Shown: one piece after another, positions 49,874 to 62,606 of the stretch
Layout: each line of letters starts with the position of its first letter
How positions within the stretch are numbered: position 1 is the stretch's first letter
Assembly (NCBI RefSeq): GCF_963921235.1
Contig: NC_086107.1
Location: 100,380,001-100,444,000 of the forward strand
Length of the DNA: 64,000 nt
DNA from: Mobula hypostoma
Taxonomy: Eukaryota
Direction of reading: 5' to 3'
Notes under the pieces: generated by a model
The model's database searches: none
Told to the model about the DNA's origin: nothing
Seen by the model: only the letters and a program-made list of their open reading frames with translations
Translations under genes and position numbers: made by a program

Positions 49874-52800
49874 CTGTTCAATAGAAGAGGAAGACTGTGT
49901 CACATTCTATCAACATCTACAATTTTTGGAACACTGAGTGATTCTAGTGTTATCTTTAAAGATAAAATGGGGATGAAAATCAGGTGATTGAAGAGATCTC
50001 ATCTCCCTTCCATGATATTGAACATTAGCAATTACAGTAAAATTTCAGCATCTGCTATATTTCCTTCCCTCCTCCCTCATATGGACGCTACTACTCCTAC
50101 TACTGTATGGGAGATTAATGCTGATTCTTTGCTTGCACTGTCCAAGCACAAGGGAGGAAAGCAACAACCATAATTGTGCAACACCTCCATCAAACCATTC
50201 CAGTGAACAAGCAGATTTGTCACAATGTTGCTCCTCATATGAAACTGATTCACAACACAGTGGATTCCAATTTATTAGGCCATAGGTTAAACCAGGTGAG
50301 GATAGTAGGTGGATTTCACACCCCAGTGAGATGGGGACATACCTGAACTAGCACTTAGAGTCAGCTCTGGTGGACTAGGCAGATGAGGTCTACAGTGAGA
50401 TCCAACACCCAGGAAGGTGGATCTGCAATGCTCTGTATAGAGTGGAGGACATGAAGAGGCGCACAGAAGTCGTCTTGGTCATCCACTGCAACCAGGGAAG
50501 ACTCTAGTTATGACATCTACTTCTATCACTGGATTCAGACTTCTGAAGTCAGGACCGTGGAACTGCCCCTGGGCATCAACTTTTTCCACTTTAAAAACTG
50601 TCCCACACAGGCTTCCTTACATGAACTCAGTGGGCAAAGGGCCTTTTTCTGTACTGTATCTATGACTCTATGAACATTAGCCCAAACCACTAGTACTAAG
50701 TTTCTAAAAAATTATGCTCAATTCTTTCACTATAAAAGTAAGGGACATACATACGAATCAAGTTACCACCTGTGTATTTAATCAAAAAGATATATTTTAA
50801 TACATTTTATTTTGGTAACTGGAGAAACAGCACTGGTGATTGGAATACCTTCTTAGTTTGGGTCTTAATGCATCAGCATCAAGCACTCTCATGTGAGGTA
50901 CAGTCTAAACATGTGCGGAACAAAGCTCTTTCTACTCTGACACAACAGTGAAGTGCAGCTCACTTTCAAAACGATAACATTTCCACTACCCATTCTGATC
51001 TACCCCGGGGGGCTTTGGTTTCAATTTATCCAGGTGACAAGCAGCTTTGATACGTTGTGTCTTGATGACTGAAAAATGAGCAGAATTAACCAAACAATTT
51101 TTGTTTAATCCCATACTAATATACTATATATTTACATTCCCCACTTATAGAGTTGAAGTAAAATAAAGCCTCAGAGGAAGAAAAAGATATGATATAACAC
51201 CACTCCACCCTCAACCCTCAGCTTTTTATTTGGATGGATGCACAGAAGGGTTGGGATTCTTGCAAGCCAACTTCTCTCAGCAACGACCACCATAATATTG
51301 GCAGGAAATCAGTGTCATTCATCTAATAATATGTAATGAATATTCTGATCAAATCTTTATATGGCGGTGTTTCAGCCTCCTTAGGTTTGTATGTATGGCT
51401 TTCTACCAGTCCAGTTCTTTATATTCCTCACAGTTACAGTCAAGCAATATGTTGGTAACTTCATAGATTGATGGATCCCTGTTTAACAAACATTATCGTT
51501 TGTTTCTTTGTACTCATATTTAATATTTTACATTTATCCACATCCAGTGACATTGCTACTATTAAGCCAGCTGCTATAAATTAATAAATTGTTTGAAGCA
51601 ATCCCTATTTTCATATTCTTTTTTAAGCTATATACGTGATTGATGCCCTAAAATCATTAAAATGGCAACAGTTTGATATCTCTCAATGGGTTATCCAGTT
51701 TTTGTGCTCCAAAAGGATCTCATTCTCAAATGCCTTTGTTTTATTGTTTGTCAGCCACTTTTTGGCCTGAGGCTCTGCTTCAGTTCTCTTTTGCTGACCC
51801 TGCATTTCCTCTAACAATCAAGGTACAATTGAAGAATTATTTAAAAAAAAAGTAATGTGACTTAACAACTGTCAGCTGCTGGCTCTGACACCCAGCATCA
51901 TGAAGGGTTTCAAAGGCTAGTCATGGCATACATTAACTCCAGCCTCCTAAACAACCTCCACTCATCTTTGGAGCATCTGGACAGTAAAGGCACTCATCAG
52001 ACTATTGTTTATTTACTACAGCTTTGCCCTTAATACTAAAATTCTAATCAAACTCATGTCCAAACTCCTAGACCTGTGGCCCACATCTCCCTTTGCAACT
52101 GGATCCTTCACTTCCTGACCAACAGACTACAATCACTAAGGATGGGCAGCAACACCTCTGCCATGATTATTCAAAACATTGATACTCCACATGGCTGTGT
52201 CCTCTGTTCCCTAGTCTATTCAAAGGATTCAAAGTACACTTATATTCAAAATATGCATGCAGTATACAACCCTGTGATTTCTCTTCTTCACAGACAGCCA
52301 CGAAACAAAGAAAACCATGGAGCCCATTCAAAGAAAAAACATCAACCTCCCATGTGCAAAAACAAAATGTGTAAAAGAGAACAGGAAAGAACGAGTGGAA
52401 ACACAGAAAATAAAATACAAAATTGAAAGAGTCTATGTTCAATTTAGCTCAATGTTCATTATCTGCAAGCTGCCCTGATTAAAAATCGCTGAAAAAAGGA
52501 AAATGGCAGCAGAATAGGAGCAACAAGGAACTACAGTTCAATCCACAAACTGCAGACCCAGAACTTTGGTATCATCCTCCAACAGCATTGAAGGAGGGAA
52601 AAACCATCACATGTAAACACCTTCCTCTGGCAGCAGCACGCGAAAGGCTGGTAAATGGCACAGAACACCCACTCGCCTTCCGCTCACTCCTCAATGATTT
52701 CCATCTTCCTTGGCGCTTTACATGGTGAGATCAGTGAGAGATGGAGTCAATCATGGGCTCGTGCCCCATCTCTAAGCTTCTTGGCCTTGAGGCCATTCGC

Positions 52801-53039
52801 CTCCAGGAAACTTCTCAGAGACAGCAAAGTGCCAGATCACTCAATTGTCCCCAAAAACACACCATCAAACTGTAGATCACAGACTGTAACAGTATCAGAA
52901 ACACATTTAAAAGAAAAAGATGAGGTAAAAGAAGTGAAAGAGACCATTTCATGGACCATCTGGAAAAAGTCACCCATGGTAGTGTTGTTTGCCAGCATCA
53001 TTTGCTTCTGGATACCCTCACAAATGCATGGCCAGATGA

Positions 53040-53155
53040 TGGAAATCCAAACCAACACACGCACAAAATGCTGGAGGAACTCAGCAGGTCAAACAGCATC
53101 TAGGGAAATGAATAAACAGTGGACGTTTTGGGCCGAGACCCCTCTTCAGGATACT
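53040..53155 (-). mobile_element. Penelope pLTR fragment with degenerate hammerhead (53118-53153)
   Basis: Minus strand CTGAAGA GGG GTCTCGG CCC AAAA CGTC. Confidence 0.7.
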
Positions 53156-53789
53156 GAAGAGTTCTTACATCTACTCTTTGGCCAACTACCTTCAATTTAT
53201 GTTCTTTGCTTATGCCTCCTCTGCTGCTGCAACTAATTTACTCTTACTTATCCCATCAAACTCATTATTTTCTTCTGCTTGAAATTTAATATTGATCATT
53301 CCACTAGAATTGAGTCCAATTATCTTTCTGGAATCAAATTTGGATCCTTGTGGTCTGCTATGTTGAACTTCAACATGTCTATAGCATTGCACTATTTCCA
53401 CAACTCTCTTAACCTTTTGGTTCTGGTAACCTCACGATGACCGGTTCCTAGGTACCTTCCTTTATCTCTCTAGAGGTATTTATCACTTATCCCAAGCTTG
53501 TCGAGAAGTGATGTGCCTTGGAACAGTATAACAAAATTGTGCTCACATTAGTTGCAAAATAACATACCCAGTCTGATCCAGCCTCTGACTTCACTGACTT
53601 CTGATAGACTCACAAAGCAATTTACACTAGTGAGCACAATTTCTATCTTTCAAATATTGGTCCATGCTTCTGGATTACTATTCTTGTACCATGACCTCAA
53701 CATCATTTTACAGAAGGACTTGTGCACACCATCCAATGTGATAACTAGGTTGAATGCTCGGGTGAAAGAGTAAAAAAAATGTGACCTAC

Positions 53790-53878
53790 CTTGACAGAGT
53801 TTAGGTAGATCAAAACATCCTCAAATTGTTTCAATAGGAAGAAACAGGAGGCCATGCACTGACGACCAGGGATGGTGT
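53790..53878 (-). CDS. TTC26: IFT56/TTC26 exon (D)[29 protein letters not shown] (89 nt)
   Basis: AG/GT boundaries, phase 1-0; visible inside ORF 53745..53996. Confidence 0.97.
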
Positions 53879-54437
53879 CTAAAAATAAGATTGAAGTTTT
53901 GTGGTAAGAGTAGAAAACTACATAAGAATGGAATTTAACTAATCCAGCCATTCTCATTCCAACACTAATCAGTATTTGTACCATGTTAAAAGCCACTCTG
54001 TGGAAAAATTCTTTCAGAAAGATGGGTTTTCCACCTTAAAATTCCCTCTGTATCACATGTAAATTGGAGTGGGATGACTGTGTAGGTTTCCGATTCCTCC
54101 TACATTCCAACGAAGTATGGGTTAGGGTTAATGAGTTGTGGGCACGCTATGCTGGTGCCAGAAACATAGCCACATTTGTGGGCTGTCCAACACAATCCTC
54201 GCTGATTTGATTTGACGCAAACAACGCATTTCACTGTATGTTTTGATGCTCATTTGACAAATAAAAGCTAAATCTGAAAATCTTATTTTCCAGATATTTT
54301 CCTTAGCCTGCTGGTCTCAGCACTCTATAGTGAGTAGGAATAATTAGTAAAATGATCTGTAAACATTACAATTATCTGACAAGTGTTTCTGCTAGGTTAG
54401 ACTGGGATTTTAGCACATAGAAATTTACAGCACATTA

Positions 54438-55965
54438 GCTGTGGAGATTGCGGAGGCATTAGCGATGATCTTTCAAGTCGATAGATTCTGGCATGGTTCC
54501 GGAGGACTGGAAGATTGCAAATGTCACTCCGCTATTTAAGAAGGGGGCAAGGAAGTAAAAAGGAAACTATAGACCTGTTAGCTTGACATCGGTGGTTGGG
54601 AAGTTGTTGGAGGTGATTGTTAAGGATGAGATTACAGAGTACCTGGAGGCATATGACAAGATAGGCAGAACTCAGCATGGATTCCTTAAAGGAAAATCCT
54701 GCCTGACAAACCTATTACAATTTTTTGAGGAAATTACCAGTAGGCTAGACAAGGGAGATGCAGTGGATGTTGTATATTTGGATTTTCAGAAGGCCTTTGA
54801 CAAGGTGGCACACGAGGCTACTTAACAAGATAAGAGCCCATGAAATTACGGGAAAGTTACATACGTGGATAGAGCTTTGGCTGATTGGCAGGAAACAGAG
54901 AGTGAGAATAAAGGGATCCTATTCTGGTTGGCTGCCAGTTACCAGTGGTGTTCCACAGGGGTCCGTGTTGGGGCTACTTCTTTTTACATTGTACATCAAT
55001 GATTTGGATTATGGAAGAGATGGCTTTGTGGCTAAGTTTGCTGACAATACGAAGATAGGTGGAGGGGCCGGTAGTGCTGAGGAAACAGAGAGTCTGCAGA
55101 GAGACTTGGATAGATTGGAAGAATGGGCAAAGAAGTGGCAAATGAAGTACAATGTTGGAAAGTGTATGGTTATGCACTTTGGCAGAAGTAATAACCGGGC
55201 AGACTATTATTTATATGGGGAAAGAATTCAAAGTTCTGAGATGCAACGGGACTTGGGGGTCTTCGTACAGGATACCCTTAAGGTTAACCTCCAGGTTGAG
55301 TCGGTAGTGAAGAAGGCGAATGCAATGTTGGCATTCATTTCTAGAGGAATAGAGTACAAGAGCAGGGGTGTGATGTTGAGGCTCTATAAGGCGCTGGTGA
55401 GACCTCACTTGGAGTACTGTGGGCAGTTTTGGTCTCCTTATTTAAGAAAGGATGTGCTGACGTTGGAGAGGGTACAGAGAAGATTCACTAGAATGATTCC
55501 AGGAATGAGAGGGTTAATATATGAGGAACATTTGTCCACTCTTGGACTATATTCCTTGGAGTTTAAAAGAATGAGGGGAGACCTCATAGAAACATTTCGA
55601 ATGTTGAAAGGCATGGACAGAGTGGATGTGGCAAAGTTGTTTCCCATGATGGGGGAGTCTAGTACAAGAGGGTATGACTTAAGGATTGAAGGGCGCCCAT
55701 TCAGAACAGAGATGCAAAGAAATTTTTTTAGTCAGAGGGTGGTGAATCTATGGAATTTGTTGCCACGGGCAGCAGTGGAGGCCAAGTCATTGGGCGTATT
55801 TAAGGCAGAGATTGATAGGTATCTGAGTAGTCAGGGCATCAAAGGTTATGGTGAGAAGGCGGGGGAGTGGGACTAAATGGGAGAATGGATCAGCTCATGA
55901 TAAAATGGCGGAGCAGGCTCGATGGGCCGAATGGCCAACTTCTGCTCCTTTGTCTTATGGTCTTA
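54438..55965 (+). mobile_element. CR1 LINE, about 1.5 kb of RT and 3' end
   Basis: QHGF.KGKSCLTNL, YLDFQKAFDKV, SGVPQGSVLG, KFADNT; stop and frameshift present; (TCTTATGG) tail. Confidence 0.93.
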
Positions 55966-57522
55966 TTAAAGGGCCTTCGGCCCACTATGTCGTGCCGACC
56001 ACGTAACCTACTCTAGAAACTGCCTAGAATTTCCTGAGTGCTTAGCCCTCTATTTTTCTAAGTTCCATGTACCTATCTAAGAGGCTCTTAAAAGACCCTA
56101 TTGTATCTGCTTCCACCATCGCTGCCAGCATGCATTCCACACACCCAGAACATTCTCTGTGAAAAACTTACTCCTGACATCCTCTTGGTACCTATTCTCA
56201 AGCACCTTAAAACTATGCAAGTACAAACATGTGTCCTGATTTTGCAGATTTTTCTGTGCTGCCTTACAAAAAAATAACATGTTGGAAGTTTGTCTCACCA
56301 AGCATTAGCCACACCTCCATCATCATGTTAATCAACACAAATAAACCCATGACTCCCTTTCAAGAACTCTTCATCTCATATTTTTGAAATACATTGCTTA
56401 TTTATTTATTTATTCTCCTTTGTATTTGTCCAGTTTGTCTTTTGCACGTTAGTTGTTTGTCCGTCCTGTTGGTGCGGTCTTTCATTGATTTATCGTGTTT
56501 CTTGGATTTACTGAGTATTCCCGCAAGAAAACAAATCTCTGGGTTGTGTATCACAACATATATGTACTTTGATAATAAATTTACTTTGAACTTCAGCTAA
56601 TTAATTCCATTTGTAATCACTTAGCCTTTCTGGGTAGACTCAAGGATACCAACGGGCGCATTTTTATTTAAGTAATAGATTACTGTACCTTAGAGCACTT
56701 AATAAACTCCACACACAGTTTTTTTTAAAGTTGGTCGTACTTTAGAATTGCTAGTGGATGGTTGCAAATACACAAAATGTTGATTATTTTTAAATAATCT
56801 ACTAATTTTCAACTGCGTTATCAAGGCAGCACTGGGCTGTGATTCAAATACAAGAAGAAATATTTTTAAGATATTATGTAAGATTTTATGTTTTGTGATA
56901 CTTGTGTCTCAACAAGGAAGTGAGAGAGACAATAGCAACCTTTGTACCAATTAGCCGGATGTTTGTTGTTGGCTACACACTAGAACTTATTATTAAGGAC
57001 ATGCTGGGAGATGCTTAGAAAATCATAAAGGGCAGATTCCATAACTAGGAGATAATTGTTTTGGGATAGGAGGACTGAAATGAAGAGGAGAGAGATGTGG
57101 ATGCTCAGTTATTGAAGGTATTCCAGAGGTGGTTGACAGTATTTCCTAGAATATGCACAGAAGGCAGGAATGGGGGGCTAAGGCACAGGACTGGCCGTGA
57201 TTTTATTGAATAGTAGACAGCTCAAGGGCTACTTATGGCCTATTTCCATTTCCAATTCCTCACCTTCTTGTATCTCAGGTGTTGTTTTGTTTTACACCAC
57301 GAGAGCACACTAACTTGCACTTCAATTCATGCCAGAACTTTTCAGAGATAAGATTTGCCTGAGTCAGTGGAATTTAATGATGATTTTTTCTTTACTGTTT
57401 GTACTTGTCTCTGGTTCTGTGCCTTGAATACTGCAGCACAAAACCACAATTGATAGTTTGATATTTTCCATCTTGCATCACTGGGTGAAATGAGGAGCAG
57501 GAGCCACGACAACTAAATATGA

Positions 57523-59820
57523 ACATGAGAAAATCTGCAGATGCTGGAAATTCAAGCAACACACACAAAATGCTGTTGAACGCAGCAGGCCAGGCAGCAT
57601 CCATAGGAAGAGGTACAGTCGACGTTTCGGGTTGAGACCCTTTGTCAGGACTAATGGAAAGAAGAGATAGTAAGAGATTTGAAAGTGGGAGAGGGAGGGG
57701 GAGACCTGAAATGATAGGAGAAGACAGGAGAGGAAGGGGATGAAGCTAAGAGGTGGGAAATTGATTGGCAGAAGAGATACAAGGCTGGAGAAGAGGGAGT
57801 ATCAGAGCACGGAAGGCCGAGGAAAAAAGGGGGAGAGGAGCACCAGAGGAAGATGGAGAACAGGCAAAGAGTTATGGTGAGAGGGAGAGAGAGAAACAAA
57901 CAAACAAATAAATAAATAAATTTTAGGGATGGGGTAAGAAGGGGAGGAGGGACATTAACGGAAGTTAGAGAAATCAATGTTCATGCGATCAGGTTGGAGG
58001 CTACCCAGATGGAAGATGTTGTTCCTCCAACCTGAGTGTGGCTTCATCTCGATAGTAGAGGAGGCCGTGGATTGACATATTGGAATGGGACTGGGACGTG
58101 GAATTAAAATGTGTGGCCATTGGGAGATCCTGCTTCCTTTGGCAGACAGAGCGTAGGTGTTCAGCGAAGCGGTCTCCAATCTGCATCAGGTCTCACCAAT
58201 ATATAGAAGGATACACCGGGAGCACCAGACACAGTATATCACACCAGCAGATTCACAGGTGAAGTATTGCCTCACCTGGAAGGACTGTCTGGGGCCCTGA
58301 ATGGTGGTGAGAGAGGAAGTGTAAGGGCATGTGTAGCACTTGTTCCACTTGCAAGGATAAGTGCCAGGAGGGAGATCGGTGGGAAGGGATGGGGGGACGA
58401 CGAATGGACAAGGGAGTCGTGTAGGGAGCAATCCCTGTGGAAAGCAGAAAGTGGGGGGGGGGAGGGAAAATGTGCTTTCTGGTGGGATCCCGTTGGAGAT
58501 GGCGGAAGTTAAGGAGAATTATATGTTGGACACTGAGGCTGGTGGGGTGGTAGGTGAGGACAAGAGGAACCCCATCCCTAGTGGGGTGGCGGGAGGATGG
58601 GGTGAGAGTAGATGTGCGTGAAATGGGAGCGATGGAAGGGAAGCCCCTTTCTTTAAAAAAGGAAGACATCTCCTTCGTCCTGGAATGAAAAGCCTCATTC
58701 TGAGAGCAGATGCGGCAGAGACGGAGGAATTGAGAGAAGGGGATGGCACTTTTACAAATAACAGGGTGGGAAGAGGAACAGTCCAGGTAGCTGAGAGAGT
58801 CCGTAGGCTTATAGTAGACATCAGTAGATAAGCTGTATCTAGAGATAGAGACAAAGAGATCAAGGAAGGGAAAGGGGGTGTCAGAAATGGACCAGGTAAA
58901 TTTGAGGGCAGGGTGGAAGTTGCAGGCAAGGTTGATGAAGTCAGGAAGCAGCACCAATGCAGTCGTCGATGTAGTGAAGGAAAAGTGGGGGACAGATACC
59001 AGTATAGGCTTGGAACATGGACTGTTCCACATAGCCAACAAAAAGGCAGGCATAGCTGGGACCCATACAGGTGCCCATGGCTACACCTTTAGTTTGGAGG
59101 AGATGGGAGGAGCCAAAGGAGAAATTATTAACAATAAGGACTAATTCCACTAGACGGAGAAGAGTGGTGGTAGAGGAGAACTGGTTAGGTCTGGAATCCA
59201 AAAAGAAACGAAGAGCTTTGAGACCTTCCTGGTGGGGGATGGAGGTATATAGGGACTGGACATCCATGGTGAAAATAAGACGATGGGGCCAGGGAACTTG
59301 AAATCATTGAAAAAATCCAGAGCATGAGAAGAGTCATGAACATAGGTGGGAAGGGATTGAACAAGGGGGGATAAAACCGTGTCGAAGTATGCAGAAATGA
59401 GTTTGGTGGGGCAGGAGCAAGTTGAAACAATGGGTCTACCCGGACAGGCAGGTTAGTGGATCTTGGGTAGGAGGTAGAAACGGGAAGTGCGAGGTGTGGG
59501 AACTATAAGGTTGGTGACAGTGAATGGGAGATCCCCAGAGCTGATAAGGTCGGTGATGGTGTGGGAGACAATGGCCTGGTGCTCCTTAGTGGGGTGATGT
59601 TCGAGGGGTAAATAAGAGGAGGTATCAGCGAGTTGTCGCTGTGCCTCGGCAAGGTAGAGGTCAGTACGCCAGACTACTACAGTGCCCCCCTTATCAGCGG
59701 GTTTTATGGTAAGGTTAGGATCGGCACGGAGGGAGTGGAGAGCAGAGCTTTCAGAAGGAGTGAGGTTGGAATTGGAACAAGGTGTGGTGAAGTTGAGAAG
59801 GTTGATGTCCCGTCAGCAGT
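57523..59820 (-). mobile_element. Penelope-like element, 5'-truncated: RT + GIY-YIG + pLTR with hammerhead
   Basis: MDVQSLYTSIP, QTKGVAMGT and YIDDC (PLE RT); VYYKPTD; GIY-YIG; frameshifted. TSD TAAATATGA at 57514-57522 and 59821-59829. Confidence 0.92.
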
Positions 59821-59871
59821 TAAATATGATCTGTTTTAACTTGCTTGCACTTGCATAACTCCATTACATAC

Positions 59872-59935
59872 CACATTCGCTGGCAGATCCTCCAACCAGC
59901 TGGAAATATTGCTGTGCAATCTTCAGGTGCTCCCT
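59872..59935 (-). CDS. TTC26: IFT56/TTC26 exon REHLKIAQQYFQLVGGSASEC (64 nt)
   Basis: AG/GT boundaries, phase 0-1; matches human RDHMKIAQQFFQLVGGSASEC. Confidence 0.95.
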
Positions 59936-62244
59936 CTGTGAACAAACAAAGAGACTTTGTCAGAATTTCTGTGCAGTACTTATCACTAAGTACTGGTCAA
60001 TTTAACAATAGATGGAATGCTGAATAAAGCTGGTGACATAAAACCAGCTTCTTCCCCCAGGCTGTGAGACCACCCTGCTACTACCTAGTACACATTATTT
60101 ATGACAGTGCCTGTAGCATTACATTGTGGTATATTTAACTATATGTTGTAAATACACTTTATATCAACTTGTACATCTACAGAATAATATGTCAATATTG
60201 TGTTAATATATTAAGTGCTGCATCTGATATACAGTACTGTACAAAAGTCATGTAAAAATTCTGTAAAGCAAGATTGCTTTCAAAAACACTGAAATTAAAA
60301 GCTTCTAAATATAAAAAAACTATAAAGAGCAGTAAATAGAATCAGAATCATTATCATTGGTGTGTGTCGTTAAATTTGTTAACTTAGCAGCAGCAGTTCA
60401 ACGCAATACATAATATAGAAAAAGAAAATAATAATAATAAATAAGCAAATCAATTACAGTATACATGTATTGAATGGATTAAAAATAATGCAAAAAACAG
60501 AAATAATATTATTAAAAAAGTGGTGTTCACTGGTTCAATGTCCATTTAGGAATTGGACGGCGGAGGGGAAGAAGCTGTTCCTGAATTGCTGAGTGTGTGC
60601 CTTCAGGCTTCTGTACCTCCCACCTGACGGTAACAGTGAGAAAAGGGCATGCCTTGGGTGCTGGAGGTCCTTAGTAATGGACGCTGCCTTTCTGAGACAG
60701 GAGACACTTGAAGATGTCCTGGGTACTTTGCAGGCTAGTACCCAAGATGGAGCCGACTAAATTTACAACCCTCTGCAGCTTCTTTCAGTCCTGTGCAGTA
60801 GCACACCCCCCATATCAGACAGTGATGCAGACTGTCAGAATGCTCTCCACAATACATACAACGAAGTTTTTGAGTGTATTTGTTGACATATCAAATCTCT
60901 TCAAACTCCTAATGAAGTATAGTTGCTGTCTTGCCTTCCTTATAACTGCATCGATAAGTAAAAATCTAAACAGTAAATGACTAAATCAAATCAATATTTG
61001 GTATGTCCACCCTTTGTCTCTTAGATACACTGTCGTGCAGTTTTATAAGAAAATTAGCTGGGTTGTTCCAAGCATTTGGAGAACTTGCCATAGTTCTTCT
61101 GCAGACTTTGGTTGTCTCATTCGTATCTGTCTCTCCGAGCAATCGCAGACAGCCTCAGTGAAGTTTAAGATCATGGCTCTGTGGAAGCCATACCATCTGT
61201 TGCAGAACTCCTTGCCCTTCTTTTTGCTGAAGATGGTTTTTTATTACCTTGGGTGTGTATTAGGGGTTATTGTCCTGACGCAGAATGAAGTTGGGACCAA
61301 TCGCATGCCCCCCTCATGCTATTGCATGATAGATGAGAATCTGCTTGTACTTCTCAGCATTGAGGATTCTATTAATTCTGACCAGATCACCAACTCCATT
61401 TGCAGAAATGCAGCTTCAAACCTGCAGAGAACCTCCACTGTGCTTCACTGTTGGCTGTAGACACTCTTCCATGTACTGTTCTTGAGCTCTTCTACAAACT
61501 GCCTCCAAAAATTTCAAATTTTGACTAGTCAGTCCAGAGCACTTGCTGCCATTGTTCAGCACCCCAGTCCTTGAGTTTCTATGCATAGCTGAGTCTCTTG
61601 GCTTTGCTTCCCAGACATCCCACCTCTCCTGGAAGTTCCGGGAGTCTCCCACATATCGGTAGTGGCTCTCTGACGCCCGAAAATTATATACAATATCCCA
61701 GAAATAGATTTTTTTGAGAGGGAGAGAGAGAGAGGGAGAGCGAGCATCCTGATTGGTCTCTCTTCGTGCTAACAGTGGTCCTCAACCACCGGGCGAGGAA
61801 ACAATATGATTTGGCGATATGAAACGATATGAGTCAGCTGCACCTTTCCTCATTCCCTGTCATGCACTGTTGAATTTTAACGCACGCGAGGTCACCAGTG
61901 AATCAAGACGTGCAAAGGAATGGATCAGTGACCTATTTGTGAATGTCCCCGGTGAATCATCCATGTCAGCGTGGGAAGAAGATCAATTCCTTGAGCTTGC
62001 AAATGACAGCGGACTGAAAAGTATGTTTGACAGAACATCTCTGCCGGCATTCTGGATCACAGTCAAGGCTAAATATCCTGAGATAGCCACGAAAGCACTG
62101 AAAACATTGCTTCCATTTCCAACATCATATCGCTGTGAAGTGGAGTTTTCTGCAATGAATGCTACGAAAACTAAATTGCGGAATAGACTGGACATAAGGA
62201 ACCCCCTTCGAGTATCGCTGTCTCCCATCACCCCTCAATAGGAC

Positions 62245-62437
62245 AGTAAACAACACAAACAACAGGAATTCTGCAGATGCTGGAAATTCAAGCAACACAC
62301 ATCAAAGTTGCTGGTGAACGCAGCAGGCTAGGCAGCATCTCTAGGAAGAGGTACAGTCGACGTTTCAGGCCGAGACCCTTCGTCAGGACTAACTGAAGGA
62401 AGAGTAAGGACTGTACCTCTTCCTAGAGATGCTGCCT
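62245..62437. mobile_element. Short Penelope pLTR insertion with a 29-bp inverted arm
   Basis: Minus-strand pLTR 62257-62408 followed by plus-strand GACTGTACC...GCTGCCT (62409-62437); TSD (CCT)CAATAGGAC at 62233-62244 and 62435-62446. Confidence 0.88.
62355..62390 (-). ncRNA. Minimal type I hammerhead ribozyme motif, intact core
   Basis: Minus strand identical to the 44655-44690 copy. Confidence 0.8.
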
Positions 62438-62606
62438 CAATAGGACTGCGTTGTTGCAGGAAAACAAGCCCGGGGGCTCCCACTGATTCAGTGATATTGG
62501 TGTGCTGCAATGATTTTATATGTTCATACGAGGAAAATATGCGCTGTGTTTAATATCCAAACGTCACCTAAAATGTTATGATGCTATTGACTTATAAGTG
62601 CCTTAT

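Noticed and set aside
52655..53236. 193-aa ORF
   Set aside because: Chimera of repeat fragments including antisense pLTR; no domain; antisense within a TTC26 intron.
61819..62241. Domesticated ZBED/SCAND3-like gene
   Set aside because: Only the C-terminal dimerisation domain inside a TIR-bounded deletion derivative, interrupted by a Penelope insertion.
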